Origin: Bdellovibrionota bacterium
Lineage (GTDB): Bacteria > Bdellovibrionota > UBA1018 > UBA923
Direction: 5' to 3'
Assembly (NCBI GenBank): GCA_040754655.1
Contig: JBFMCE010000052.1
Coordinates: 1 to 29,330 of the forward strand
Length of the DNA: 29,330 bases
This document shows, piece by piece, positions 8,601 through 16,959 of the stretch. The notes below the pieces were generated by a model that ran no database searches, had not been told where the DNA came from, and saw only the letters and a program-made list of their open reading frames with translations. How positions within the stretch are numbered: position 1 is the stretch's first letter; each line of letters starts with the position of its first letter. A program made the translations under genes and the position numbers.

Positions 8601-10139
8601 ATGCGACAAGCCCTCACTTCCCATGACCTTCCCAAGAAAGCGGCATTAGCTCTCGCAACCGTTGCAGCGGTGTATGGGCTTGTCGTCTGTGCACCGGGGT
8701 TTCGACCCAAACACGTGCGCGACATTCTTGCTGGTCTCATGAACATGCGCGGGCTCGGCGTGCTGGCGTACTTCGGTATCGCAGGTTTGTTGCTTCCGGC
8801 GGCAGACCGGTTGCGACGCTTCGGTTTTTCGTCAACGATTTTAGGATCGCTTTTCATCTTGTTCTCGATCTTGCTTTACGCCGATTTAACTTTGGTGGTC
8901 TTTCGCCCAGCTCCGGCGATCGCCGAATGGGTTCTTCGTTCGTTTTACGCGAGCATCGCTATTTGGGGATTTTCAAACACAAACGCGGTCAAGAACGTTG
9001 GACGATTGTATGGCGGCGGCGCCCGAACCTTCTTTGGATGGTTGAGAGGCTGGTGGTCAAAGGCTTTCGTCGCCCTCGTTCTTTTCTTTTTCATTCGGCA
9101 ACAGATGCACCTTTATTTGACCCGCGGCATCCCGTTCACGCCCTCTGGCGACGAGTTGGCTTGGTGGTTTCCGATGGCCACTCGCACACTCAATGAAGGG
9201 CTGGTCGAAACCATTCGCACAGTCCACTACACTCCTGGCGTAGGTTGGCTCATCGCCTTGCCTGCGCGCATTCTTGGCGTTCATGACACCGAGTGGTTGT
9301 TCGCTTATCCTTTGTTCATTTTTTTCGCCTACTTCATGCTTCTCATCGAGCTTTCGAAAACGCCATCGGCTCTTTTCATCGGCATCTGTCTTTGGTTTTA
9401 CGTGTTTTTATGTTCAAGGGACCTTCACCACACCTACGGCGCATCGCTCTACGGGGAATCGCTTTCGGCGCTGCTTCTCGCTTTGTTCCTGGTTTTCTTA
9501 TGGAACCTGATCGGCGGCCCTTCGACGAAGAAGCAACCCTCTCGAACCGCATTCATGGGCTTTGGCCTCTTTCTCAATTTCTGCCTGCTCTCAAAACCCC
9601 CGATTTCCGTCTTGGGGCATCTTTTTATTTACGGATTTACGCTCTATCTGATCGCAGGCAAGGCAAGACTCAAACAGAAGTTGGCCTCTGCAACGGCTTT
9701 TATCGTGCCTGCGCTATGCGGATTTAAGTTTTGGGGCTTTTTGCTCTTGAGCATCAATGGAAGACGTTCGGAGCATTCGGTAAGCATAGAAGCCTTTAGA
9801 CAAAGCGGGATTGATATTTGGCTTGGAATAGGGATTCTAAAAGGATTGTTCAACTGGGGAGCGCCGCAATTCGCGTATAACACGGGACTCGTGCTTGCAC
9901 TTTGCATCGCGGTTCTTTGCAAGGCCCAGAGATTCTTGTGGGTCTCTGCCACCACTCTTTTCATCTACTGGGGTTTTGTGGTCGGCCTGTATTCTACCAT
10001 CTGGCAACAGATTGAAACAGGCAGCGCGGGCAGGTACATGTCTCATGCAGCAATCGCGCTCATCCTTGTGCTGCCTTTTTTTCTCAATCCGCGGAAGGAC
10101 GCACTCGGCAATGACAAAGCCTTTGGTCGGGATACGTGA
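8601..10139 (+). CDS. Polytopic membrane protein, putative GT-C glycosyltransferase
   Basis: More than 10 hydrophobic segments. Acidic loop motif SGDELAWW followed by HYTPG. Divergent from the GT2. The start could be the in-frame ATG slightly upstream or downstream. Confidence 0.55.
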   Translation: MRQALTSHDLPKKAALALATVAAVYGLVVCAPGFRPKHVRDILAGLMNMRGLGVLAYFGIAGLLLPAADRLRRFGFSSTILGSLFILFSILLYADLTLVVFRPAPAIAEWVLRSFYASIAIWGFSNTNAVKNVGRLYGGGARTFFGWLRGWWSKAFVALVLFFFIRQQMHLYLTRGIPFTPSGDELAWWFPMATRTLNEGLVETIRTVHYTPGVGWLIALPARILGVHDTEWLFAYPLFIFFAYFMLLIELSKTPSALFIGICLWFYVFLCSRDLHHTYGASLYGESLSALLLALFLVFLWNLIGGPSTKKQPSRTAFMGFGLFLNFCLLSKPPISVLGHLFIYGFTLYLIAGKARLKQKLASATAFIVPALCGFKFWGFLLLSINGRRSEHSVSIEAFRQSGIDIWLGIGILKGLFNWGAPQFAYNTGLVLALCIAVLCKAQRFLWVSATTLFIYWGFVVGLYSTIWQQIETGSAGRYMSHAAIALILVLPFFLNPRKDALGNDKAFGRDT

Positions 10140-11766
10140 GACACGAGAACCTCTCCCATGGCAGTTCGGGAAAATGCTCTTTGAGCTTCCTGCACTCGAT
10201 CAATAAAAAATCCGCATTCCGAGGAAACCTCAATTTTTTGAGGTCTATATCGATTTTTCGCCCCAAAGGATCGAAGTTCCCCTGCTTCGAAATATAATAA
10301 GGCGAGAACTCTTTGGTGTAGCGCTCGACCTGCCCTGCCACGTATCCACCGGCGTCAGCCGCCATGGTTTGAGCATTCGCACCGATCACGAACAAGGCGG
10401 ATCGGTCAGGCACGCGACGATAGTATTCGCGCCATTCGTTGAATGAATAATTCTCTTTGGCAGGGCTAGAATGTTTCATAGTCAAAGCCCTGTGAGAAAC
10501 CCTCTCTAAAGCCACGATAAACAATCCTGCGCCTATCAGCACGCACAAGGGCTTCGTCGGCGCCCCATATAAACTTTTTATATTTATACTGCGAAAAGCC
10601 TCTGCGACGACGATCAAGACAAGGATAAGCGCCGCCGTCACCAACGTCGCCTGATAAACGGCGTGACTGTAATTGAATGGAAAGTTGCGGGCCGCCGCCT
10701 CATAAAAAAGCACGAACGGAGTACCAACGATCATCGCAAAAAGATAAAGAAACTGCAGAGCCCGCGACCATCGCCTCGCGTACAAATGCGCGATCGCGCC
10801 TAAGGCCAGTAACGCCCACAGTCCCACAAGCCCGCCATTCAGCCAAAACCACGGGAACGGCAGGCTTTCTGAAATTCTGCTGACGAACAATGAAAGCGGG
10901 GCCGCAAGAAGACGTTCCAATGGATCAATTTGATGCCAGGGGCTTGGCACGAAGATCCAATGTTTGACCTGCACTTTATAGATCGTGAAGGGCAAGAACC
11001 CCAAAATCAATAAAGCGAAGTACTCAAAAGGCCTCACGTTTTTCGTGAAGCGGCCTTTCTTAAGATCACGTCGTGCCTTGATGCCGAGACAGACGAGCGC
11101 ATAAACCAATACGATATAACCCACGGGAACCAGCATCATGTGAAAACAAATACCCAAAGCCACTACCAAGGAAAGAACGGCAAAGCTGGGCCTCACCTTC
11201 TCAGAGTCTTTAAAAGCCTCTTCAAAGAGCGGCAATATCAGATAAGTCGCTAGCGTCAAAAAGAACGTGAGCCAGATGTAAAACCGCACTTCAGTCGCGT
11301 ACGTGAATACCATCGGGGAGCAGAGCAAGCAGAGAGCCGCGAACAGAGAGAGCAGGCCTGACCTTGTCCATCGAAAAACGCCGACGAAACTTGCGATGAT
11401 TGAAAAGGCGAATACGAGGATATAGGGGAGCCGCCAATAGAGAGACTCGGAAGTTTCTTTCAGCCAATGCAAGATGCCGCTGCGGTAATAAAGGCGCAAA
11501 ACCAGGTTGTCGCCGGGAGGATTGGCGTTGTACTGGCCGATTTGCCAAAGAAAGTCCTTATCGCCTTTCCAAACGCGAAACGCAGGCGCCATGGTGTCGG
11601 ACTCATCTCCCCAAATCGTAAGCCGATTGGCGAGCCAGGACTGAAAAACCAAAGCCACTGCCAAAGCAAACGCCAAGAGCAGCAAATAGAAAACCAGTAG
11701 ACGTCTGCCCCCGGCCAGTTTATCCGGGCCCGATTCGCTCATGGATGATCTCTGCTTGGTTGCCAT
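10084..11766 (-). CDS. GT39/ArnT/PMT-like glycosyltransferase (GT-C)
   Basis: TIWGDE after TM1, NPPG, YWRLPY and FTYATEVRFY motifs parallel the 5712-7133 gene. Confidence 0.78.
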   Translation of the reverse strand: MATKQRSSMSESGPDKLAGGRRLLVFYLLLLAFALAVALVFQSWLANRLTIWGDESDTMAPAFRVWKGDKDFLWQIGQYNANPPGDNLVLRLYYRSGILHWLKETSESLYWRLPYILVFAFSIIASFVGVFRWTRSGLLSLFAALCLLCSPMVFTYATEVRFYIWLTFFLTLATYLILPLFEEAFKDSEKVRPSFAVLSLVVALGICFHMMLVPVGYIVLVYALVCLGIKARRDLKKGRFTKNVRPFEYFALLILGFLPFTIYKVQVKHWIFVPSPWHQIDPLERLLAAPLSLFVSRISESLPFPWFWLNGGLVGLWALLALGAIAHLYARRWSRALQFLYLFAMIVGTPFVLFYEAAARNFPFNYSHAVYQATLVTAALILVLIVVAEAFRSINIKSLYGAPTKPLCVLIGAGLFIVALERVSHRALTMKHSSPAKENYSFNEWREYYRRVPDRSALFVIGANAQTMAADAGGYVAGQVERYTKEFSPYYISKQGNFDPLGRKIDIDLKKLRFPRNADFLLIECRKLKEHFPELPWERFSCLTYPDQRLCHCRVRPSAD

Positions 11767-11775
11767 GAAGGTCCT

Positions 11776-13341
11776 CTATAAAGTGGGAGCTGTTTTCGCC
11801 TTCTTTTGCTCTTCCTTTTTCACCCGCCGTTTCGCCTGGTCAAGCGAGTCGCGACTTCGTGATTGGGCGTCGAGAATCGCATCAAGGGGCTCAAGAGCCC
11901 TATCAATCACGATGAGCCGCGAGTAATAAAGCTGCATCGCTATGCTTTCATGGCGCTCTCCGTCCATGAGCTTTTGTAGATATTGACGCAATTTTCTCAG
12001 AGCGAGTACTCCTTTTTTATCTTTGTGCTCGATTCGGGGCAACAACCAGCTTCCGTCGTCTCCGCTGCGCACGAAATAAATCTGTGAGTTCTCGCCAAAG
12101 ATCGTCTTGATCTCGCTATACATGCGCTTGAACAACGAGTTCAGGGCAGCCGTGGTGTGACGATACACCCGTGGCAAGGATTCAAAGTGAGCGCCTTCCT
12201 CGATCCATTTGTCGCGATACCATTTGGCGGTGAAACTGAAATTACGCATGTCGGTCGACAACACGTAGCCCGCGTTGGAGGCCACTTGATACAACACCTG
12301 CTGTTCAACATCCCAACTCGCATGGATGCTATTCAACGGATCGGCAAGCCGTGATTTGATGAAGGCTTGCATGGTTTCTGGAAAGCCCTGTTCAACGCCG
12401 GGGAGGGGGTGGAAGTCCGCGACTTGAAGATCCGCATTGTAGCGTCTCATCTTTGGAAATAAATTCGCTATCTCAGCCTCAGAAAAACCGTGCTCCTTGA
12501 ACCACTGGGCGAGCAGTTTTTCTTCCGCCTGCCCGCGGTCGAGGTATTGGTGCATCTTCTTAAGGAATAAATCCCAGTCAGTGACCTTCTTTCCCAGTTC
12601 GGTCCAGAGTTCGAGGCGCCTGTGGATCGCCTCGTTTCGCCACTCCTCTAAAGAAAGATAACGGTTATGTGACGCACTTGCTCGCACCAGCGCGACCCGC
12701 GCGTGCGCGTCGACCGGGGTGTCTCCGGCCGCGTGATAAATATTCGTATCCATCCACACCTTCCAAGGAAAGGCGTGGATGGTTTCAGATAGCCGAGCAA
12801 CAGCCTTTTCTTTAACGGGATTCAATACCCTTTGCCTGAACGCAACCGCATCAAGATCACTGACGACATAATTATTTTTGTACGAGTCTTCGTTGTAAAG
12901 CAACTCACCAAGGCCTGGTTCCTTTTGAAGATGGTCGAATAGAATCTCTTCATACACTCTCAGAAAAACCTCGGTGCCCGCCATTTTAAAGCTCTTTGAA
13001 TGCCGGTTTCGATCTCTTTGCCCAGTCTTGTGGATGATATGGACCCTTTTGCCGTGCAAAGCACCAGTGGGACTTATATAAGCCTTCAGGTTTTCTACTT
13101 TTTTGAGAAACCGTTGGTAGAGCTGTTCCAGCGCGGCGGAATCGCGAATGGCAGATTCTCGCAGGTGGCCCAGAGCAGGTTTAAGCGCTCTCTCACACGC
13201 CAGACTAGCAGAGGGATCTGGTGGTTGAGAGTCGGAAGCCTCCGAAACATGCACCACCAGTGCCACCTGCAGCGCCGTGGCTAAAAGTGCAAAAAGAGAC
13301 AAACGCGGCTGATGATTTCGAAGACATCGAAGCCAAAGCAT
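11776..13341 (-). CDS. Hypothetical exported protein with a GGDEF/palm-like C-terminal signature
   Basis: ATG 13341 is chosen because of the upstream promoter. Signal-peptide-like RLSLFALLATALQVALVVHVSEA; motifs VLSTDMRNF and FVRSGDDGSWLLP. Confidence 0.7.
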   Translation of the reverse strand: MLWLRCLRNHQPRLSLFALLATALQVALVVHVSEASDSQPPDPSASLACERALKPALGHLRESAIRDSAALEQLYQRFLKKVENLKAYISPTGALHGKRVHIIHKTGQRDRNRHSKSFKMAGTEVFLRVYEEILFDHLQKEPGLGELLYNEDSYKNNYVVSDLDAVAFRQRVLNPVKEKAVARLSETIHAFPWKVWMDTNIYHAAGDTPVDAHARVALVRASASHNRYLSLEEWRNEAIHRRLELWTELGKKVTDWDLFLKKMHQYLDRGQAEEKLLAQWFKEHGFSEAEIANLFPKMRRYNADLQVADFHPLPGVEQGFPETMQAFIKSRLADPLNSIHASWDVEQQVLYQVASNAGYVLSTDMRNFSFTAKWYRDKWIEEGAHFESLPRVYRHTTAALNSLFKRMYSEIKTIFGENSQIYFVRSGDDGSWLLPRIEHKDKKGVLALRKLRQYLQKLMDGERHESIAMQLYYSRLIVIDRALEPLDAILDAQSRSRDSLDQAKRRVKKEEQKKAKTAPTL

Positions 13342-13348
13342 GGACGGG

Positions 13349-13377
13349 ACTGTATAATAACTAACTAATTTAATCAA
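13349..13377 (-). promoter_or_regulatory. Sigma70-type promoter, probably leaderless transcript
   Basis: TTGATT-N17-TACAGT-N7-ATG(13341), with an AT-rich upstream region. Confidence 0.55.
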
Positions 13378-13511
13378 TCAAACGACCTATTGAAAAATCA
13401 TTTAATTTCAGCAACTTACAAACAAACAATACTATTAAATTGAGCTCCACGTGTCAGAAAATCCGATGTTTTAAATATAAAATCATCCTCGTTTCAGGTA
13501 TAAGCCCCTCT

Positions 13512-14024
13512 ATGGCTTCTACCCAATCTTCTCAAACACTCTGCGATTTCTGTCGGTTGCCCCAAGCTCAGTACGCCTGCGGTCCGTGCTCGGCATCGCT
13601 TTGCCGGAAATGCGCCGTCACACTTGAAGGTTCAACGTTTGAATTCACCGAGGAACTCCCGGAAGAACTCAGCCACTCGATATACTGTGCGGCTTGTTAT
13701 GACAACATCGTTGAACCCGCCAAAGAGGATTACGAGAAGACCTTGGCCGAAGCCAAGGAAATGCCATTCTGGCCCAAGACCTACCGTGGTTCGATTCCGG
13801 TGGTTCGTAAGGGGCAGACCGAACTTCGGGTTGAACAAGCGAGGGACCGCAGTGAAGTGCTGCTTAAGCTCGCGTTCAAGGCAGTGCGACAAGGGTTTAG
13901 CGGCCTGATGTACGGCGAGCTGGTCGGCAAGAAAGTTCGAAACGAAGGCTACCAAAAAACGGAGTGGCGTGGGAATGCGCTGCCTGTGCATATCGATCGC
14001 ACCAGGCTGCGTGAGGACGAGTGA
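13512..14024 (+). CDS. Hypothetical Zn-finger protein (4x CxxC) with a YbjQ-like C-terminus
   Basis: CDFC, CGPC, CRKC and CAAC motifs; C-terminal AVRQGFSGL...WRGNA. ATG 13512 is preferred over TTG 13440. Confidence 0.7.
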   Translation: MASTQSSQTLCDFCRLPQAQYACGPCSASLCRKCAVTLEGSTFEFTEELPEELSHSIYCAACYDNIVEPAKEDYEKTLAEAKEMPFWPKTYRGSIPVVRKGQTELRVEQARDRSEVLLKLAFKAVRQGFSGLMYGELVGKKVRNEGYQKTEWRGNALPVHIDRTRLREDE

Positions 14025-14034
14025 AAAACCTGCT

Positions 14035-14898
14035 CTAATGCTCTTCCCAAAATCCCCTGCTCTTCAAGAACACGAAGACGCCCAAGATCGAAAGCGCCAT
14101 CGTCCCTAACGCCACTAAAAAGAGCCACGGCTTATCAAAGGGAATGACGGCGAAGTTCATTCCCCAAAAAGACGTCCAGAAGGTAAGCGGAACTGACACG
14201 CTGGCGAGCAGCGTGAGTTTCTTGATTTGATCGTTGGTTCTTCGCGCCGTCACGCCCCAATACATGTCCATCGTGTTGGCGATCTGAACCCTATGAAAAA
14301 CCAAAGCCTGATACACCCGCTGGCAATGATCCCAGAGATCGCGCAACCGCCATCTCAAGTCATCGCGAGGGTTCAAAAACTGCTGCAATTGGCCTACGAC
14401 TGCCGCCAGGTAAGACAAGGCGTACTCAGCGCGCGCCAACTGTCGTTTAAGCTTTAACAAATTATGCAAGTCACCTTGTTTGTGGTGAAGCATGTTCTCT
14501 TCAAACTCGTCGATTGCACCGAACAATGGGAGAACATTCTTGGCTGAAAGGTCTAGCGTCCGGTCTAACGCCTGATAGAGCAAGTGCGCCGAGTCGCGGT
14601 GATGCGAGCCCAGTTGGAGGAACGCGTGCCAACTAGAACCATTGGGAGCCGGCGCGTTCGTGACGAGCAAGATGGTCTTCGGGAAAACAACGAACTCAAG
14701 CTCATAGACCTCGCCGTGTATGAAAGCGAACCAAACAAGAAACTGGTGCTTCTCGAAATCCTCAAACTTCGCGCGTTGGTTGTGATTCACGCAATCTTCG
14801 ACCGCAAGAGGGTGTATTCCCAGCTCGGCGGCAAGTTTCTCGAGGCTTGCGCGATCCGTTGAGAGCAATTCTATCCATTGAACTTCCGACTCGACCAT
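14035..14898 (-). CDS. corA: CorA-family Mg2+/divalent cation transporter
   Basis: GIHPLAVED, the WGMNF signature and two C-terminal TMs. The ATG at 14922 is an alternative start. Confidence 0.92.
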   Translation of the reverse strand: MVESEVQWIELLSTDRASLEKLAAELGIHPLAVEDCVNHNQRAKFEDFEKHQFLVWFAFIHGEVYELEFVVFPKTILLVTNAPAPNGSSWHAFLQLGSHHRDSAHLLYQALDRTLDLSAKNVLPLFGAIDEFEENMLHHKQGDLHNLLKLKRQLARAEYALSYLAAVVGQLQQFLNPRDDLRWRLRDLWDHCQRVYQALVFHRVQIANTMDMYWGVTARRTNDQIKKLTLLASVSVPLTFWTSFWGMNFAVIPFDKPWLFLVALGTMALSILGVFVFLKSRGFWEEH

Positions 14899-14959
14899 AC
14901 GCTTATAATACCTGCATCTCACTTCGTTAGGCCAACAGATTTAGAAGCGAAACCCCGGG

Positions 14960-14975
14960 TGGCCTGCTTCTTGCT
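14960..14975 (+). promoter_or_regulatory. Sigma54 (-24/-12) promoter
   Basis: TGGCCTGCTTCTTGCT matches TGGCACG-N4-TTGC and lies upstream of the lipoprotein RBS. Confidence 0.65.
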
Positions 14976-15012
14976 GCCGATTACCGCCAAACACCACACA
15001 GGAGGAAGTAAT

Positions 15013-15270
15013 ATGAATCTCAGACGAACCCTTGCATCATGTGCATTGCTAGGCGTCCTCGCGATAGCCACGAGCTGCACCGACCAAACGAATCGTGAAA
15101 TGGATAACAACAATGCAGCGCCTACGCAGAATCGGTCGGGTGAAATGCGGGAGGATGACGCAAATCGCCAACCTCAATCAGCTCCTCGAGACGATGCAAA
15201 CGATCTGAATCAGGACGGCGCTGGCAACAGCGGTTCGAACTCAGTTCCTTCAGAATCCACCGGTCAATAA
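15013..15270 (+). CDS. Small low-complexity lipoprotein
   Basis: GGAGG RBS at 15001, basic N-terminus, hydrophobic core, lipobox ATS-C, and a disordered N/D/Q/S-rich tail. Confidence 0.8.
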   Translation: MNLRRTLASCALLGVLAIATSCTDQTNREMDNNNAAPTQNRSGEMREDDANRQPQSAPRDDANDLNQDGAGNSGSNSVPSESTGQ

Positions 15271-15302
15271 AAAGCCATAAGGCCATCAATAAGGAGAAAA
15301 AC

Positions 15303-15836
15303 ATGAAACTTAAACTATTCATTGCTGTAGCTACGCTCAGTCTTTCCGCCGCCGCTTTTGCTGAAAACACACAGAGCCAAGGTTCTGCGGGAACGACATC
15401 GGATATGAATACCTCCGCCAATGGGGCGATGAGTCCAGATCGCAACATGGGTTCAACCGACAACACCCAGATGGGCGCTGAATCCCGCACCCCTGCCGCG
15501 GAAGACAGCAAGAAACTGACTGATCTTTCGCCCAAGGAAGTGTGCAACCGCCTGGTTCAGATGCACAGCTCTGCAAGCTCAAACATGCAAGGCGTGGATC
15601 AACTCGTCCTTCAGGAAAAAGACCGTATGATGAATAAGAGCTGGCTCAAACAAGAAATCAGCCAGACGGAATGCAGCGACGAGAAGATCGCCGGCGATCA
15701 CGCTTTCGTACTTGCAAAGAGCGATCAACGCGAAAGACTCATTCCATTCGTAAAACAAAATGGAGTCTGGAAGATGGATGCTCAGGCTTACAAGACCTTG
15801 TATCGCATGGAGCAACGCACTCCTGCTAGCAAGTAA
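15303..15836 (+). CDS. Secreted protein with a disordered N-terminus and an NTF2/DUF4878-like C-terminus
   Basis: AAGGAG RBS, signal peptide ending AFA, two Cys, and C-terminal GDHAFV...FVKQNGVWKMD. Confidence 0.75.
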   Translation: MKLKLFIAVATLSLSAAAFAENTQSQGSAGTTSDMNTSANGAMSPDRNMGSTDNTQMGAESRTPAAEDSKKLTDLSPKEVCNRLVQMHSSASSNMQGVDQLVLQEKDRMMNKSWLKQEISQTECSDEKIAGDHAFVLAKSDQRERLIPFVKQNGVWKMDAQAYKTLYRMEQRTPASK

Positions 15837-15865
15837 GCAAGCGCCGAGGTTTGTGACCTTGACTC

Positions 15866-15903
15866 AAGAGGGGCCGCGGCTATGGCTGCGGTCCCTCTTT
15901 TTT
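15866..15903 (+). terminator. Rho-independent terminator
   Basis: AAGAGGGGCCGCGGC-TATG-GCTGCGGTCCCTCTT hairpin followed by a T-run. Confidence 0.88.
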
Positions 15904-15934
15904 GCATGAAGTAACCTTACTTCGTTAAGCAGGG

Positions 15935-16876
15935 TTAAAAGGCGGAAACAAGGGTGAGCTGCGCCGTAAAAGACAGCACCTCGCCTGTCTGGGTGTTCCA
16001 AGACTGAGCCACTTGGGCGACCAGCGGGCCTGCAACTTGCTTTGTAGCGGTAGCGCCCAATTCTTTTTTCCTGGTCGTATAACCCGTGTTCAGAGCCAGC
16101 CCTAGATCATCGAACCTGCGTCCGACGACCACAACCAATGGATCCCTATTCGTATCGCGATTCATCTTGGCGAGGCTCGCGAATTTGGCGGGCGGAAGGA
16201 CGTAATATGACGTAGAGATGTCAATGACTGAAGAATGCATGCTCGCAAGGATAGTGGCATTCTGAACGTCGAGCCGAGTTCTTAGACTGAGCCCATTTCT
16301 ATTGTAATCGACTCCATCGCTTGTAAACGCATCCAAGAACCGAATGGTCTTCGTGAGAAAATGCGTCTGGTCAGGCTCGGTCTCGACTTGAACTTCCGCG
16401 CGAATGACCTCAGCTCGATGCTGAGCGACGCCAGAGCTGTTTTGGCGCGCCTCTTGCCTGGCGAGATCTTGACGCTGCCTGTGTTCACGTTGATCGCGAT
16501 AATACTCGCGAGAACGCTTTACCAGGGTCCTGACGTGAAACCGCACCAAAGATTTGACATACCATAGGCCGATGTCTCGCTTGGATCGCTCGTAATTCAG
16601 GATGTCGCTTGGTGTTTCGAGCTGATACTTCCTCTTTTCGCCATACTCGCGCTCGATGCTTTGAAGCCTGAAGGCGGCTTCCTCTGTCGGACCATTCTTA
16701 AATATTTTGAATTTATCAGGTTGGGTAACTTGAGGAGTTTCAATGATGAACTCCTGGGTCGAACCATAACGCGGAGCCATGGGCGCGAGCTCTTCCAACG
16801 AAAGGCGTGAGGCGCCGAACGCCCCGTTTGAATGTAACACGCCTACGCTGAGCAACATCGCGATAAGGGGCCACAT
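15935..16876 (-). CDS. Hypothetical exported protein, possible small beta-barrel C-terminus
   Basis: GGAGG RBS 8 nt before ATG 16876, signal-peptide-like N-terminus, amphipathic beta-like C-terminal half ending in Phe. Confidence 0.65.
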   Translation of the reverse strand: MWPLIAMLLSVGVLHSNGAFGASRLSLEELAPMAPRYGSTQEFIIETPQVTQPDKFKIFKNGPTEEAAFRLQSIEREYGEKRKYQLETPSDILNYERSKRDIGLWYVKSLVRFHVRTLVKRSREYYRDQREHRQRQDLARQEARQNSSGVAQHRAEVIRAEVQVETEPDQTHFLTKTIRFLDAFTSDGVDYNRNGLSLRTRLDVQNATILASMHSSVIDISTSYYVLPPAKFASLAKMNRDTNRDPLVVVVGRRFDDLGLALNTGYTTRKKELGATATKQVAGPLVAQVAQSWNTQTGEVLSFTAQLTLVSAF

Positions 16877-16959
16877 GCTCGTTCCCTCCCCTGGGAACAA
16901 GTGCACGTGCCATACCAGCTCGTTTCACGAACGGACTACATGGTTTGGAAAATCACGAT

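Noticed and set aside
11776..13341. Type III CRISPR-Cas10 assignment for the SGDD protein
   Set aside because: There is no HD nuclease domain, no neighbouring cas genes and no array, and the protein seems to be exported.
16897..16912. Sigma54-like TGGCACG...TTGT upstream of the 16876 gene
   Set aside because: The spacing is one base too long and -12 reads GT rather than GC.
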